Shown here piece after piece: positions 19,619 to 29,299 of a stretch of DNA of 32,000 bases. Every line of letters begins with the position of its first letter. Position 1 is the stretch's first letter. The DNA lies in assembly GCF_000014265.1 (NCBI RefSeq), contig NC_008312.1:5220001-5252000 (forward strand). Reading direction: 5' to 3'. Source of the DNA: Trichodesmium erythraeum IMS101. GTDB lineage: Bacteria > Cyanobacteriota > Cyanobacteriia > Cyanobacteriales > Microcoleaceae. The translations under genes and the position numbers were made by a program. The notes under the pieces were generated by a model, which did not search any database, was not told where the DNA came from, and saw only the letters and a program-made list of their open reading frames with translations.

Positions 19619-20689
19619 CAGCAAAATTAGAACCTAAATGACTACTATTAATTTAATTTTTTAGTATTCATAAAATATTTAAAGTAAAGGATATTATAAT
19701 TATTCCATTCTCCTAGATTTTGCCACTGTTAATATTTTTAAGATAAGTTAATATTTTAAGTAAATATTTTCACCAATTCTTTATACTATAACTTAGTAAA
19801 ACTTATTAGCACTAAACCGATCGGCTATACTAAAATACTAATAATCATAAGTTATAAGTTGACTTGAATCTTGACTATTGAGTGCTAACGATACTCCTAG
19901 AATAATATAGATATAACTACTTAGTTTATTGATTAAATGAAATATATAATCATTTCAGTGTAGATTCAAATGAGGGTTTTACACTTGTTAAAATCTCCCA
20001 TATTGTGAAATGACTAATCTTTATTACCTCGCCCTAAATATAGTATATAGAAACCATTTTATATTTGCTTGCCTAACTATCAGCCTTACAGTTTCTTGGT
20101 TTATATTGGCATAAATAGTTACTACTCAGCTATTACAAGTACCCGAAATAGCTCTATTAATTAGCATCTTTAACTAAAAAAGATACCAGATGCTTTCTAT
20201 ACACACAAACAGGATTTGATCAATGGTCAGGTCAAGCTTGATAAGGCTTGATACCCGCGCTACAAAAGCCTGATTGTAAACATTTGTAAAACAAAATACT
20301 CGGAATCTATATGTATGAAAATTAAATCAATAATTTTTCTCAAAGTCCATATCTAAAAAAATTACATCAGATGAGGGAGCAAATGATGTACAGAATAAAT
20401 TGTGAAAACATTGTAGTAAAGACATCTTGTCAGTTATGGGCATACCTTACTGGGAGAAAAACCGCTGCAGTGAAAGATAAACATCTTTTAATAAAATAGG
20501 TAAGACACTTATTAAATAATGTGATACAATACTTTACAATATGACTCTGTTGAAATTTAAGAAATGGCTGACTAATTGACCAAACTTAAAGTTCAATAGA
20601 CAGTTTATGAAGCAGATAAAAAAATAACTTCAAATCACTAAAAAAACATCTAAATTGATTTGTAAATTATCAAAACAAACTATTTTATT

Positions 20690-21010
20690 ATGAGTAAGCC
20701 ACCAATTCATGCTTTCTTTTTGGGGAGAGCCATTGCAGAGGGAATCTATGAGCAACTAGAAAATGGTATCACAAATACCCTAAGTGGGTTAGGTAAATTT
20801 GATGCAGAGCAAAGAGAAAACTTGCGCAACTTTATTGACCAAGTTTCAGAAAAAGCAGATAGAGAAGCTCAGGTAGGAAATAACACTAGTAACAATAGTC
20901 ATCCTAGCGACTTTGACTTTCAAAGCAAAGATCTACAAGCCATAATTGATGATTTAAGGTATGAAGTTGCTCAAGTTAGGGAGGAATTGAAAAAATATCG
21001 TAATCGTTAA
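20690..21010 (+). CDS. Small conserved hypothetical protein (106 aa), predicted helical or coiled-coil
   Basis: Intact ORF with plausible codon usage, lying 125 bp upstream of the ABC1 kinase gene on the same strand. The N-terminus is HAFFLGRAIAEGIYEQLE and the C-terminus is LQAIIDDLRYEVAQVREELKKYR. I do not recognise a named family with confidence. Confidence 0.55.
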   Translation: MSKPPIHAFFLGRAIAEGIYEQLENGITNTLSGLGKFDAEQRENLRNFIDQVSEKADREAQVGNNTSNNSHPSDFDFQSKDLQAIIDDLRYEVAQVREELKKYRNR

Positions 21011-21135
21011 AAGGCTAAAAGCTTCCCCTTTCAAGAGGGGATAAAAAAAGAAAATTTTTGATTTTCTTGCCTCTTGCTGAAGCTGGGGGTACTAATAACT
21101 AATAAATGAATAATAGATTATAACATACTGCTACT

Positions 21136-22893
21136 GTGTCTGTTCTCCTGGATGACATTATTAACCATAATAAACAAGCTAACTATACAACTGGAGGCTC
21201 AATGACTAAAGGCTCCAGTAAACCCTATAGTCAGAAAGCTTATCGCTGGAATAGAGAAAGTTATTCTCGCCAGCGCCGTTACATTGATATTTGGAGTTTC
21301 GTTCTCCTTTGGCTAACTTGGCTTTGGGTAGATAAAAAAGATTGGAGTTACCGGGGGGGAGTAACAGAAGAAAAGAAAAATCTCAGACGACGCAAACAAG
21401 CTATTTGGGTCCGAGAGACTATGCTAGAGTTAGGCCCTACCTTTATCAAATTAGGACAGCTATTCTCTACCCGTGCTGATTTATTTCCTTCAGAGTATGT
21501 AGAAGAGCTTTCAAAACTTCAAGATAAAGTCCCTGCTTTTAATTATGAACAAATTGAGACAATTATTGAAGAAGATCTCGGCAAAAAGGTAGAAGAACTA
21601 TACTCAAGTTTTGATCCAGTTCCTTTAGCTGCGGCCAGTTTGGGTCAAGTTCATAGGGCACAACTCCACTCTGGTGAAGATGTAGTCGTCAAAGTACAAA
21701 GACCAGGGCTGAAAAAACTATTCCAAATTGATTTGGCTATTCTCAAAGGAATAGCTCGTTATTTTCAAAGTCACCCCCAATGGGGTAGGGGTCGGGACTG
21801 GTTAGGTATTTATGAAGAATGTTGCCGAATTCTCTGGCTAGAAATAGATTATCTCAATGAAGGTCGCAATGCTGATACTTTTCGTCGGAATTTTCGTAGC
21901 TGTAATTGGGTAAGAGTTCCTAGAGTTTATTGGCGGTATTCAGCGCCACGGGTACTCACATTAGAATATATCCCAGGCATTAAAATTAGTAATTATGAAG
22001 CTCTCGAAGCATCAGGGCAAGATAGAAAGGCTTTGGCTAGGATGGGTGCTGAAGCTTACTTACAGCAACTTTTGAATGATGGTTTTTTCCATGCTGACCC
22101 TCATCCGGGTAATATTGCTGTTAGTCCAGAAGGAGGATTAATTTTCTATGATTTTGGGATGATGGGACAAATTAAGTCTAATATCCGTGAAAAACTTATG
22201 GAAACTCTTTATGGCATTGCTTCTAAAGATGCTGAAAGGGTAATTATATCTCTAACTGATCTAGGAGCATTGAAACCTACTGGAGATATGGGGCCAGTAA
22301 GGCGTTCTATCCAATATATGTTGGATAATTTTATGGATAAGCCATTTGAAGCTCAGTCAATTACTGCTATTAGTGATGATTTGTATGAGGTTGCTTATGA
22401 CCAACCTTTCCGTTTTCCGGCAACTTTTACTTTTGTTATGCGGGCTTTCTCTACTTTGGAGGGGGTTGGTAAGGGTTTAGACCCAGATTTTAGTTTTATG
22501 GAGGTGGCACAGCCTTTTGCCATGCAGCTTATGTCTGATGAAGATTCTCAAAAGACTATTTTTAATGAACTTGGTCGTCAAGCAGCTCAGGTTAGCTCTA
22601 CTGCTTTGGGTTTGCCTGGTCGTATTGAGGATGCAATTGATAAGTTAGAGCAGGGGGATATTAAGGTTCGGGTTCGGGCGGTAGAAACGGATAGGTTGGT
22701 TCGCCGAGTTAGTAATGTACAAATGGGTACTAATTATGCTTTGTTGATTAGTGGTTTTACTTTGTCGGCGACTATTTTATATGTTAATAATCAAGGTGGC
22801 TTGGCTTTGGTTTTAGTTTTGTTGGTTGTGGTGATGGGGTTTGCTTTTATACGACTTTTGAAGCGTATTGATAGACTCGACAAGATGATGTAG
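21136..22893 (+). CDS. ABC1/UbiB/AarF-family atypical kinase with a C-terminal TM anchor
   Basis: Family motifs are GPTFIKLGQLFSTRADLFP, AASLGQVHRA, VVVKVQRPG, FFHADPHPGNI, DFGMMG. The hydrophobic C-terminus is ALLISGFTLSATILY..LALVLVLLVVVMGFAFI. The ORF as given starts at a GTG, and an ATG at 21202 (MTKGSSKPY) is an alternative start. Confidence 0.85.
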   Translation: MSVLLDDIINHNKQANYTTGGSMTKGSSKPYSQKAYRWNRESYSRQRRYIDIWSFVLLWLTWLWVDKKDWSYRGGVTEEKKNLRRRKQAIWVRETMLELGPTFIKLGQLFSTRADLFPSEYVEELSKLQDKVPAFNYEQIETIIEEDLGKKVEELYSSFDPVPLAAASLGQVHRAQLHSGEDVVVKVQRPGLKKLFQIDLAILKGIARYFQSHPQWGRGRDWLGIYEECCRILWLEIDYLNEGRNADTFRRNFRSCNWVRVPRVYWRYSAPRVLTLEYIPGIKISNYEALEASGQDRKALARMGAEAYLQQLLNDGFFHADPHPGNIAVSPEGGLIFYDFGMMGQIKSNIREKLMETLYGIASKDAERVIISLTDLGALKPTGDMGPVRRSIQYMLDNFMDKPFEAQSITAISDDLYEVAYDQPFRFPATFTFVMRAFSTLEGVGKGLDPDFSFMEVAQPFAMQLMSDEDSQKTIFNELGRQAAQVSSTALGLPGRIEDAIDKLEQGDIKVRVRAVETDRLVRRVSNVQMGTNYALLISGFTLSATILYVNNQGGLALVLVLLVVVMGFAFIRLLKRIDRLDKMM

Positions 22894-23049
22894 GACGACT
22901 TCCTTGTTGGTTGGTTTTAAAGCCTTGCCCACCCATCGGGGGACTTCCATGTTTGGACTTTCTATGTTTAAATGAGATTGCTTGAAAAATCCGCCTTGTC
23001 TCATAAATACTTTAGAAAAGAAGAGGTTTGTTGAAACTCATAAAGTTGA

Positions 23050-23285
23050 GTGCAAAACTTGAGAAGCTTTTAGGCTTCGGAGTATTTTGTACCTTGAAGG
23101 CACAAATAAACACTCATAAGAATTTTTTCTAAGTCGCGGTGAAGTATTCCGAGACTTTTAACGGGGGTGAAGGTAAGTCTAAGATACTGCCAAAGTAGCA
23201 GCCTCCTATAAAACATAAACCCGGCTAGAGGTTAAGGCTCAGAAATCTCTGCGCCTTTAGGCCGGGGAGGATGTGAAATTATAGT
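23050..23285 (+). ncRNA. GC-enriched structured non-coding segment, possibly an orphan 5' (domain I) fragment of a group II intron
   Basis: No ORF is present. The segment begins gtgca (consensus GUGYG). Nested helices can be read by eye: ttgtacc/ggcacaa (23087-23105), cccggc (23220-23225) with gccggg (23261-23266), extended by cctc (23202-23205) with gagg (23267-23270), and taaggc/gcctta-like inside. A ctaag receptor-like motif is present. The identification is tentative. Confidence 0.3.
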
Positions 23286-23487
23286 TAAACTCAAAAGTCA
23301 GTTTTATTATAAAAAATACTTTTATTATGTTGAATAAATAGTCATAAATATAATCAAGGATAACTTTATAAATTAACGATATATGAATTTGACGGAAAAG
23401 GTCAGGGAAAATCCTGAGCGTTGCTGATTTTTTGGAGCTTCACAGAATGATTACAGAAAGGAGTTGTGAATGGAAACGAGTGGCGAT

Positions 23488-23532
23488 CGCCTCCCCTAGG
23501 CAAATTCCTAAATTAGTGGGGGTTATTTTTTT
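23488..23532 (+). terminator. Candidate intrinsic terminator closing repeat unit 1
   Basis: gcctcccctag pairs with ttagtgggggg over a stem of about 10 bp (one mismatch, G-U pairs) with a loop gcaaattcctaaa. The stem is followed by ttattttttt. Confidence 0.4.
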
Positions 23533-23695
23533 GCGTTGAATAAATAATCATACACAAAGGCGAGATTACTCTTATATCTATATAGTATCAAAATTTGAGG
23601 GAAAATGAAAGGGAAAAATCCTGAGAGCCGCCGTTTTTTTGGAGCTCCACAGAATAATTAAGAAAAGGAGTTGTGAATGGAAACGAGTGGCGATC

Positions 23696-23739
23696 GCCTC
23701 CCCTAGGCAAATTCCTAAATTAGTGAGGGCTATTTTTTT
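23696..23739 (+). terminator. Candidate intrinsic terminator closing repeat unit 2
   Basis: Same hairpin as unit 1 (3' arm tagtgagggc), followed by tattttttt. Confidence 0.4.
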
Positions 23740-23902
23740 GCGTTGAATAAATAATCATACACAAAGGCAAGATTACCCTTATAGTTATATAGTATCAAAA
23801 TTTGAGGGAAAATGAAAGGGAAAAATCCTGAGAGCCGCCGTTTTTTTGGAGCTCCACAGAATGATTAAGAAAAGGAGTTGTGAATGGAAACGAGTGGCGA
23901 TC

Positions 23903-23946
23903 GCCTCCCCTAGGCAAATTCCTAAATTAGTGGGGGCTATTTTTTT
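23903..23946 (+). terminator. Candidate intrinsic terminator closing repeat unit 3
   Basis: Same hairpin as unit 1 (3' arm tagtgggggc), followed by tattttttt. Confidence 0.4.
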
Positions 23947-24180
23947 GTATTGAATAAATAATCATACACAAAGGCAAGGTTACCCTTATATTTATATAGT
24001 ATCAAAATTTGAGGGAAAATGAAAGGGAAAAATCCTGAGAGCCGCCGTTTTTTTGGAGCTTCACAGAATGATTGAGAAAAGGAGTTGTTGGTTTGGGTGG
24101 AGAACAGTGGAATTATTTTCCTGGCTTAACTAAGCTCCAGGACAAAGGAAAAAAAGGGAAAAGAAAAGAGGGTAAGAGTC

Positions 24181-26059
24181 CTAGGAACGAAAGCCAGAAA
24201 CCACCGGGGAAGACGAGATGACTCGAAAACCCCCATTGTAGAAGAGGCCGCCGGCATAGTCATAGACACGCCTGGCACTCCGGCAATAAATAGAATTGAC
24301 GAGCCAGTTACCGTCGCAGAGCACTCGGCCTCCACCAAAAATAGATTTGAAAAATCCCTTTTCTGGGGTTTCCCAAGGACTACCATTACTAAGAGCACTA
24401 AGTTATCGTGCCAAATATCCTTAAACCATTCCCAGACATTGCCGTGCATATCGTATAAACCAAAAGCATTGGGAGGAAAACTTCCCACATTACAAGTAGA
24501 TTTACTGTTGTAGTTAACTAAACTAGGGATCATACTCGGAGTAAAATAGAAAGAAGTAGTTGTACCAGCACGACAAGCATATTCTCACTGACTCTCTCTG
24601 GTTAGCATATAAGCTTTTCCAATTTTTATAGATAGTTTTTGGTAAAATTCAATTGCATCATGCCATGCCACACATTCGACTGGACGCTTTCCTCCTTAAG
24701 AGTTTTTTCCAAATAGTTTTCTTTCTTTAAAGTGAGAGGAGTTTTTGCCCATAATGACTTGATCTTGTTCCGGAGTAATGCAGTATTTACTCATATAAAA
24801 AGGTTGGAGGACAACCTTGTGTCGCGGACCTTCAATTTTTGTTATTCCCTCTTCATTTTCTGGCGAATCCATGAGAAAACTTTCCCCAGGAATATAAAGC
24901 ATTTCTAATTTAAGTAATATAATTAAATCTTCTATTTTTTGCCTCACACTTCTCTAGATATAGTTAGTAAAATATTTAGAGTTGTCGAAAATAAAAACTT
25001 CAAAAGTAAATAGCTCTTCTTTTTCTAATTATGCTGTTGATACTTGAGATATTTTGGTGTATAAATAGACCGTTGTTTTATTTTATAAGTAGACTGAATT
25101 AGCAACAAAATTTCTCCTACATTTTTCAACCTTTTCTTAGTAGCTCCAACAATCATTTTATCCAAGATTTTTTCAACTTTATCCTTCACCTTTGACTTTC
25201 AATAATCTCCCCATACCCACTCACCTTGAGTCACATCAAATAAATTCAAAGGCTCTACTCAGGCTAATAAATAAATGCAAGTCACACCAAGACTATAAAT
25301 ATCACTAGCAAAAGTTGCTTTTATTACTAATTTTTCTGCGCCACATAGGATGCTGAACAATAATAGTTCCTGTTTGTCCTAAAGCATTCATAGTGGCAAA
25401 TTTAGCTGCACCAAAATCCACTAATACTAATTGATTATCTTTACTTTTCCTAATAATATTCTCGGATTTAATATATCGATAAATTACCTGCTTATAATGA
25501 ATAAATTTGAACACAAGTAATAAACATTTTAACAACTATAAAATTTGACTTACATTAAAATTCCGGAGTATTTTAATTCCTTCTGTAAATTTTTACCATT
25601 GACAAACTATTGTAATAAATACTGTCGATTATTATGATAAAAAAAATTGACTTATATTAAAATATCCGGAGTATTATAATTCCTTCTGAATTTGTAAATT
25701 TTACCGTTGATAAACCATTGTAATAAATACTGTCAATTATTATGAGTAAAATATGCGAAAATTTCTGAAATTTGTGGATGTATACTTAAACTATCTAAAC
25801 ATTCAGCTTCTTGAGCAAATAATTCCGCAGCTTTTGATAACGTTTGATTTCCTTGTACTTGAGTAAAGAATTGCTTAATTACACAAAAGGCTTTGAAAGT
25901 TTATATTCATCTACTACTTGAAAAGTTCTGCCAAAACCTCCTTGCCCGATAATTTTTAGAGAGCGATAACCTTCGACTAAAACTAACTTTTCACCACAAC
26001 TTTGAGATTTTTTTTCCTTGGTTAACTCTTCAACAGTTAAGATTTAAACATTGAGTCAT
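24181..26059 (-). pseudogene. Ser/Thr protein kinase fused to an FGE-sulfatase (SUMF1/C-type-lectin-fold) domain, broken by many frameshifts, stops and an internal duplication
   Basis: Reverse-strand pieces read as follows:
- N-terminus MTQCLNLNC*..CGEKLVLVEGYRSLKIIGQGGFGRTFQVVDE (from 26059).
- Kinase core ..LVLVDFGAAKFA..TGT.. (ORF 25305..25535).
- FGE domain IPGESFLMDSPENEEGITKIEGPRHKVVLQPFYMSKYCITPEQ (ORF 24696..24947), [12 protein letters not shown], and [21 protein letters not shown] (ORF 24126..24533).
After WHDN the conserved frame shifts, giving ..[32 protein letters not shown], with its stop at 24181-24183. The annotated ORF tail down to 24126 is an out-of-frame run-on. Confidence 0.75.
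25545..25745. repeat. Imperfect tandem duplication of about 95-100 bp inside the kinase pseudogene
   Basis: ttgacttacattaaaattccggagtattttaattccttctg..ccattgacaaactattgtaataaatactgtcgattattatga (25545-25637) is repeated with substitutions and small indels at 25647-25745. On the reverse strand both copies encode the same kinase segment (..QYLLQ.F[I/V]NGK..). Confidence 0.8.
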
Positions 26060-27101
26060 TTCGGTTATCGGCTATCAACTTTTTCAGTTTTCAGGATTTT
26101 TAGTGAACTACAATCTAGCACTATAATAATTTTAATTATTCTCAAAAAATGGGAATAAATATGTAAATAAATTATGGCTTTTAATACTGCAAATAATACT
26201 TATAATTTAGCAATCTTATGATTCTTGGAAAAAAACTTCAAAATATAAATTATTTCGAATAATTACAAGGAAAAAAAATCATATTTTTGTTGGTTAAAAT
26301 CAGAATTAATTGAAAATAAATACTTTGATTTAGTAAGCATTCAGCTATCAGCTATCGAATGAATAATTAGCCTACAATAAGAATTAAAAGTTTGAGAGAA
26401 AAAAGATGATAAGCTTTATGTAAGTATCTTATTACCTTCATGTATATTTTTGTGCAGCATGACCTAGGAAAAGCTGATAAATGACTGCTAATAGCTTAAT
26501 ACTTATGGTGTTTATAGGTTTAATTTAAATCTTTTCTAAGTAACAAATATGTTTAAATAAGCAGATTGTATAAATTTATAGCAGGATATTTGTTCATGAT
26601 TTTAATGGCATTTTTTTTGCATTGATAAGAATCATATTTATCTTGTAATTAATCAGATAAACATGGGATTATTTTAAATAAAATACTTAGAATTTTTCTA
26701 GGAATCAAGACTTAAAAACAATATTGAAAAACTTGTTAGTACTACTGTACTGAATAAACTACATAATTAGCCGTATACTTTTTTTTGTTTCTCTTTAATA
26801 AAAAAAACTAAAATGAAGATAAAAAAACCTCAATTTATCTATATTAATGCTAAATAATTTATGTTCAAAAATGTAATATTTTAGTTTTAAAACCGAAGTT
26901 TAAATCCTATTTAAACACCAAAAAACTCTAGGTTTAAAAATATTATAAGCTATTTGAAGTTGCTACATAGCTTTTTGCGATAAGTCCTGATGGAATAAGT
27001 TCCAAAAAAAAACTATAAAATGAATACTTTGCTAAACTAACTTTAAGATATAACTATAAAAATAGTTATCTAATTCTGAAGAGTTCTCAGTTTATTTACT
27101 T

Positions 27102-29225
27102 ATGTATGTACCTCTTTGGCCTGGAAAACCATATCCCTTAGGATCATCCTGGAATGGTAAAGGCACTAACTTTGCTATATTCTCTGAAAATGCTACTAGC
27201 GTAGAGCTTTGCCTATTTGACAAGCAAAACAAAGAAACACGGCTCACTTTAACAGAAGTTAGTAACTTTATCTGGCACGGCTATCTACCAGGCATAAGTC
27301 CCGGCCAAAAATATGGATTTCGAGTACATGGTCCCTACGAACCATCCCAAGGCCATCGGTTTAACCCGAATAAATTACTAATTGACCCTTACGCAAAAGC
27401 AATAGATGGGAATATACTCTACGGTCAAGAAATATTTGCCTATTCTTGGGATAATCCAGAAAAAGACTTAGTCTGTATATTAGACGATGATGCTCATCTA
27501 ATGCCAAAATCTGTGGTAATAGATGAAAGTTTTGATTGGGGAGATGACAAATTATTAAATATTCCTAACCACGAAAGTGTAATTTACGAAATTAATCTTA
27601 AAGGGTTTACAAAACTACATCCTGAAATTCCAGAAAATTTGAGAGGTACTTATGCTGGGTTGGCGCATCCTACGGCGATCGCTTATCTTCAGTCTCTAGG
27701 TATTACAGCAGTAGAGCTAATGCCAATACATCATTTTCTCCGATACCCAGGGCATTTAGTTGATAAGGAACTATCTAATTATTGGGGTTATGACTCAATT
27801 AATTATTTTGCTCCCTATAGTGGCTATAGTTCTAGCAGTAAAGCAGGGGGGCAAGTTAGAGAATTTAAACAAATGGTGAAGGCATTGCACAATGGTGGTA
27901 TTGAAGTAATATTAGATGTAGTTTATAACCATACTGGAGAAGGCAATCATCTGGGTCCAACTTTATCCTTTAAAGGTATTGATAATGCCGCTTATTATCG
28001 CCTAGTAGAAGATGACCCCCGCTACTATATGGACTTCACTGGTTGTGGTAATTCTCTCAACGTTCGTCACCCCCAAATATTAAAATTAATTATGGATAGT
28101 CTGCGCTATTGGGTGACGGAAATGCATGTTGATGGTTTTCGATTTGATTTAGCTTCAGCTTTAGCGCGAGAATTATATGAAGTAGATAGTTTGGCAGCTT
28201 TTTTTGATATTGTTCATCAGGACCCGGTTATTTCAAACGTGAAATTAATTGCTGAACCTTGGGATGTGGGAGAAGGTGGTTATCAAGTTGGTAATTTTCC
28301 TCTATTGTGGTCAGAATGGAATGGTAAATATAGAGATACAGTTAGAGATTTTTGGCGAGGGGAAAAGGAAACATTAGCTGAATTTGCTTATCGTTTTACG
28401 GGTAGTTCTGACTTATATGCTTCTAATGGTAGGTTGCCTCATGCGAGTATTAATTTTGTAACTGCTCATGATGGTTTTACTTTAAATGATTTAGTTAGTT
28501 ATAACGAGAAACATAATGAGGCAAATGGGGAGGATAATAATGATGGAGAAAAACATAATCGTTCTTGGAATTCTGGAGAAGAAGGAGAAACTAATGACCC
28601 GGAAATACTAAGTTTAAGAAACCGTCAAAGACGTAATTTTTTAGTAACTTTAATGTTGTCTCAAGGTGTACCTATGTTGTTAGGTGGGGATGAATTTGGT
28701 CGAACACAAAAAGGTAATAATAATGCTTATTGTCAGGATAATGAAATTTCTTGGGTAAATTGGAATTTACAAGTAGAAAATTTAGATTTATTAGATTTTA
28801 CTAGGGAATTAATTTATTTTCGTTTTCAACATCCAGTATTTTATAGACGTAAGTGGTTTCAAGGTCGTGCTATTCATGGTTCGGATGTGAGTGATATAGG
28901 TTGGTATAATCCTGATGGTGGAGAAATGACTGAAGAACAATGGAATATTGATTTTGCTAAAGCTGTTGGCATCTTTTTAAATGGAGAGGAAATTCCTGCT
29001 AGTGGTAGGCGTGGGGAAAGAATTATTGATGATAGTTTTATGATTTTTTTTAATGCTCATTATGAATTAATAGAATTTACGATTCCTCCTAGGTTTCAAG
29101 ATAGAAATTGGGTAATTATTATTGACACGAGTAAGTCTGCTTTTGTAGAAAATGGTAAGTATTATAAAGGTAAAATTCTTGTTCCTGTTATGGAACATTC
29201 AATTGTTGTTTTACAGCTTTTATAA
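27102..29225 (+). CDS. glgX: Glycogen debranching enzyme GlgX (GH13 isoamylase type)
   Basis: 707-aa intact ORF. The N-terminus is [24 protein letters not shown]13 catalytic regions are [41 protein letters not shown], and [27 protein letters not shown]. Confidence 0.9.
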   Translation: MYVPLWPGKPYPLGSSWNGKGTNFAIFSENATSVELCLFDKQNKETRLTLTEVSNFIWHGYLPGISPGQKYGFRVHGPYEPSQGHRFNPNKLLIDPYAKAIDGNILYGQEIFAYSWDNPEKDLVCILDDDAHLMPKSVVIDESFDWGDDKLLNIPNHESVIYEINLKGFTKLHPEIPENLRGTYAGLAHPTAIAYLQSLGITAVELMPIHHFLRYPGHLVDKELSNYWGYDSINYFAPYSGYSSSSKAGGQVREFKQMVKALHNGGIEVILDVVYNHTGEGNHLGPTLSFKGIDNAAYYRLVEDDPRYYMDFTGCGNSLNVRHPQILKLIMDSLRYWVTEMHVDGFRFDLASALARELYEVDSLAAFFDIVHQDPVISNVKLIAEPWDVGEGGYQVGNFPLLWSEWNGKYRDTVRDFWRGEKETLAEFAYRFTGSSDLYASNGRLPHASINFVTAHDGFTLNDLVSYNEKHNEANGEDNNDGEKHNRSWNSGEEGETNDPEILSLRNRQRRNFLVTLMLSQGVPMLLGGDEFGRTQKGNNNAYCQDNEISWVNWNLQVENLDLLDFTRELIYFRFQHPVFYRRKWFQGRAIHGSDVSDIGWYNPDGGEMTEEQWNIDFAKAVGIFLNGEEIPASGRRGERIIDDSFMIFFNAHYELIEFTIPPRFQDRNWVIIIDTSKSAFVENGKYYKGKILVPVMEHSIVVLQLL

Positions 29226-29299
29226 ATTGCCAAAAACTATCTAAAAGCTTTTTTGTAGTAGTTACTTTTCAGGGGGTAAATATTATTAACCTCAGATAA

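Larger units (their letters stand above)
23329..24088 (+). repeat. Tandem array of 207-bp units: three full units plus one unit of about 139 bp
   Basis: Units start with ttgaataaata at 23329, 23536, 23743 and 23950, an exact 207-bp period. Units 2 to 4 differ at only a handful of positions. Unit 1 is diverged in its first 85 bp or so, but is identical in the core aggagttgtgaatggaaacgagtggcgatcgcctcccctaggcaaattcctaaattagtg. Homology ends after aaaaggagttgt at 24088. Confidence 0.9.

Noticed and set aside
22813-23004. 63-aa minus-strand ORF overlapping the 3' end of the ABC1 kinase gene
   Set aside because: It overlaps a supported CDS in antisense and runs into non-coding sequence. It has no motif. 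The 62-aa ORF at 31160..31348, antisense to the cobU 5' end, is rejected for the same reason.
23125-23235. RNase P RNA (aagtcgcgg .. acataaacccggct resemble the two P4 strands)
   Set aside because: The two P4-like strings are only about 90 nt apart. The specificity and catalytic-domain elements that should lie between them (several hundred nt in cyanobacterial rnpB) are absent.
23600-23660. Small ORF MKGKNPESRRFFGAPQN[ND]* in repeat units 2 to 4, and the SD-preceded 9-codon ORF METSGDRLP*
   Set aside because: The 18-codon ORF has no start and a different frame content in the diverged unit 1, so it is not conserved as coding sequence. The 9-codon ORF lies in the block that is nucleotide-identical in all units, so coding cannot be tested. 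It ends inside the terminator stem. It is noted only as a possibility.
23329-24088. CRISPR array interpretation of the 207-bp repeats
   Set aside because: The units are contiguous and homologous along their whole length. There is no alternation of a short conserved repeat (about 25-40 bp) with unique spacers, and there are no cas genes nearby.
22900-24125. A DGR template repeat hidden downstream of the VR-like region
   Set aside because: By-eye comparison of the VR-like 108 nt (both strands) with this interval and the rest of the window found no extended match. If a TR exists it lies outside the window.
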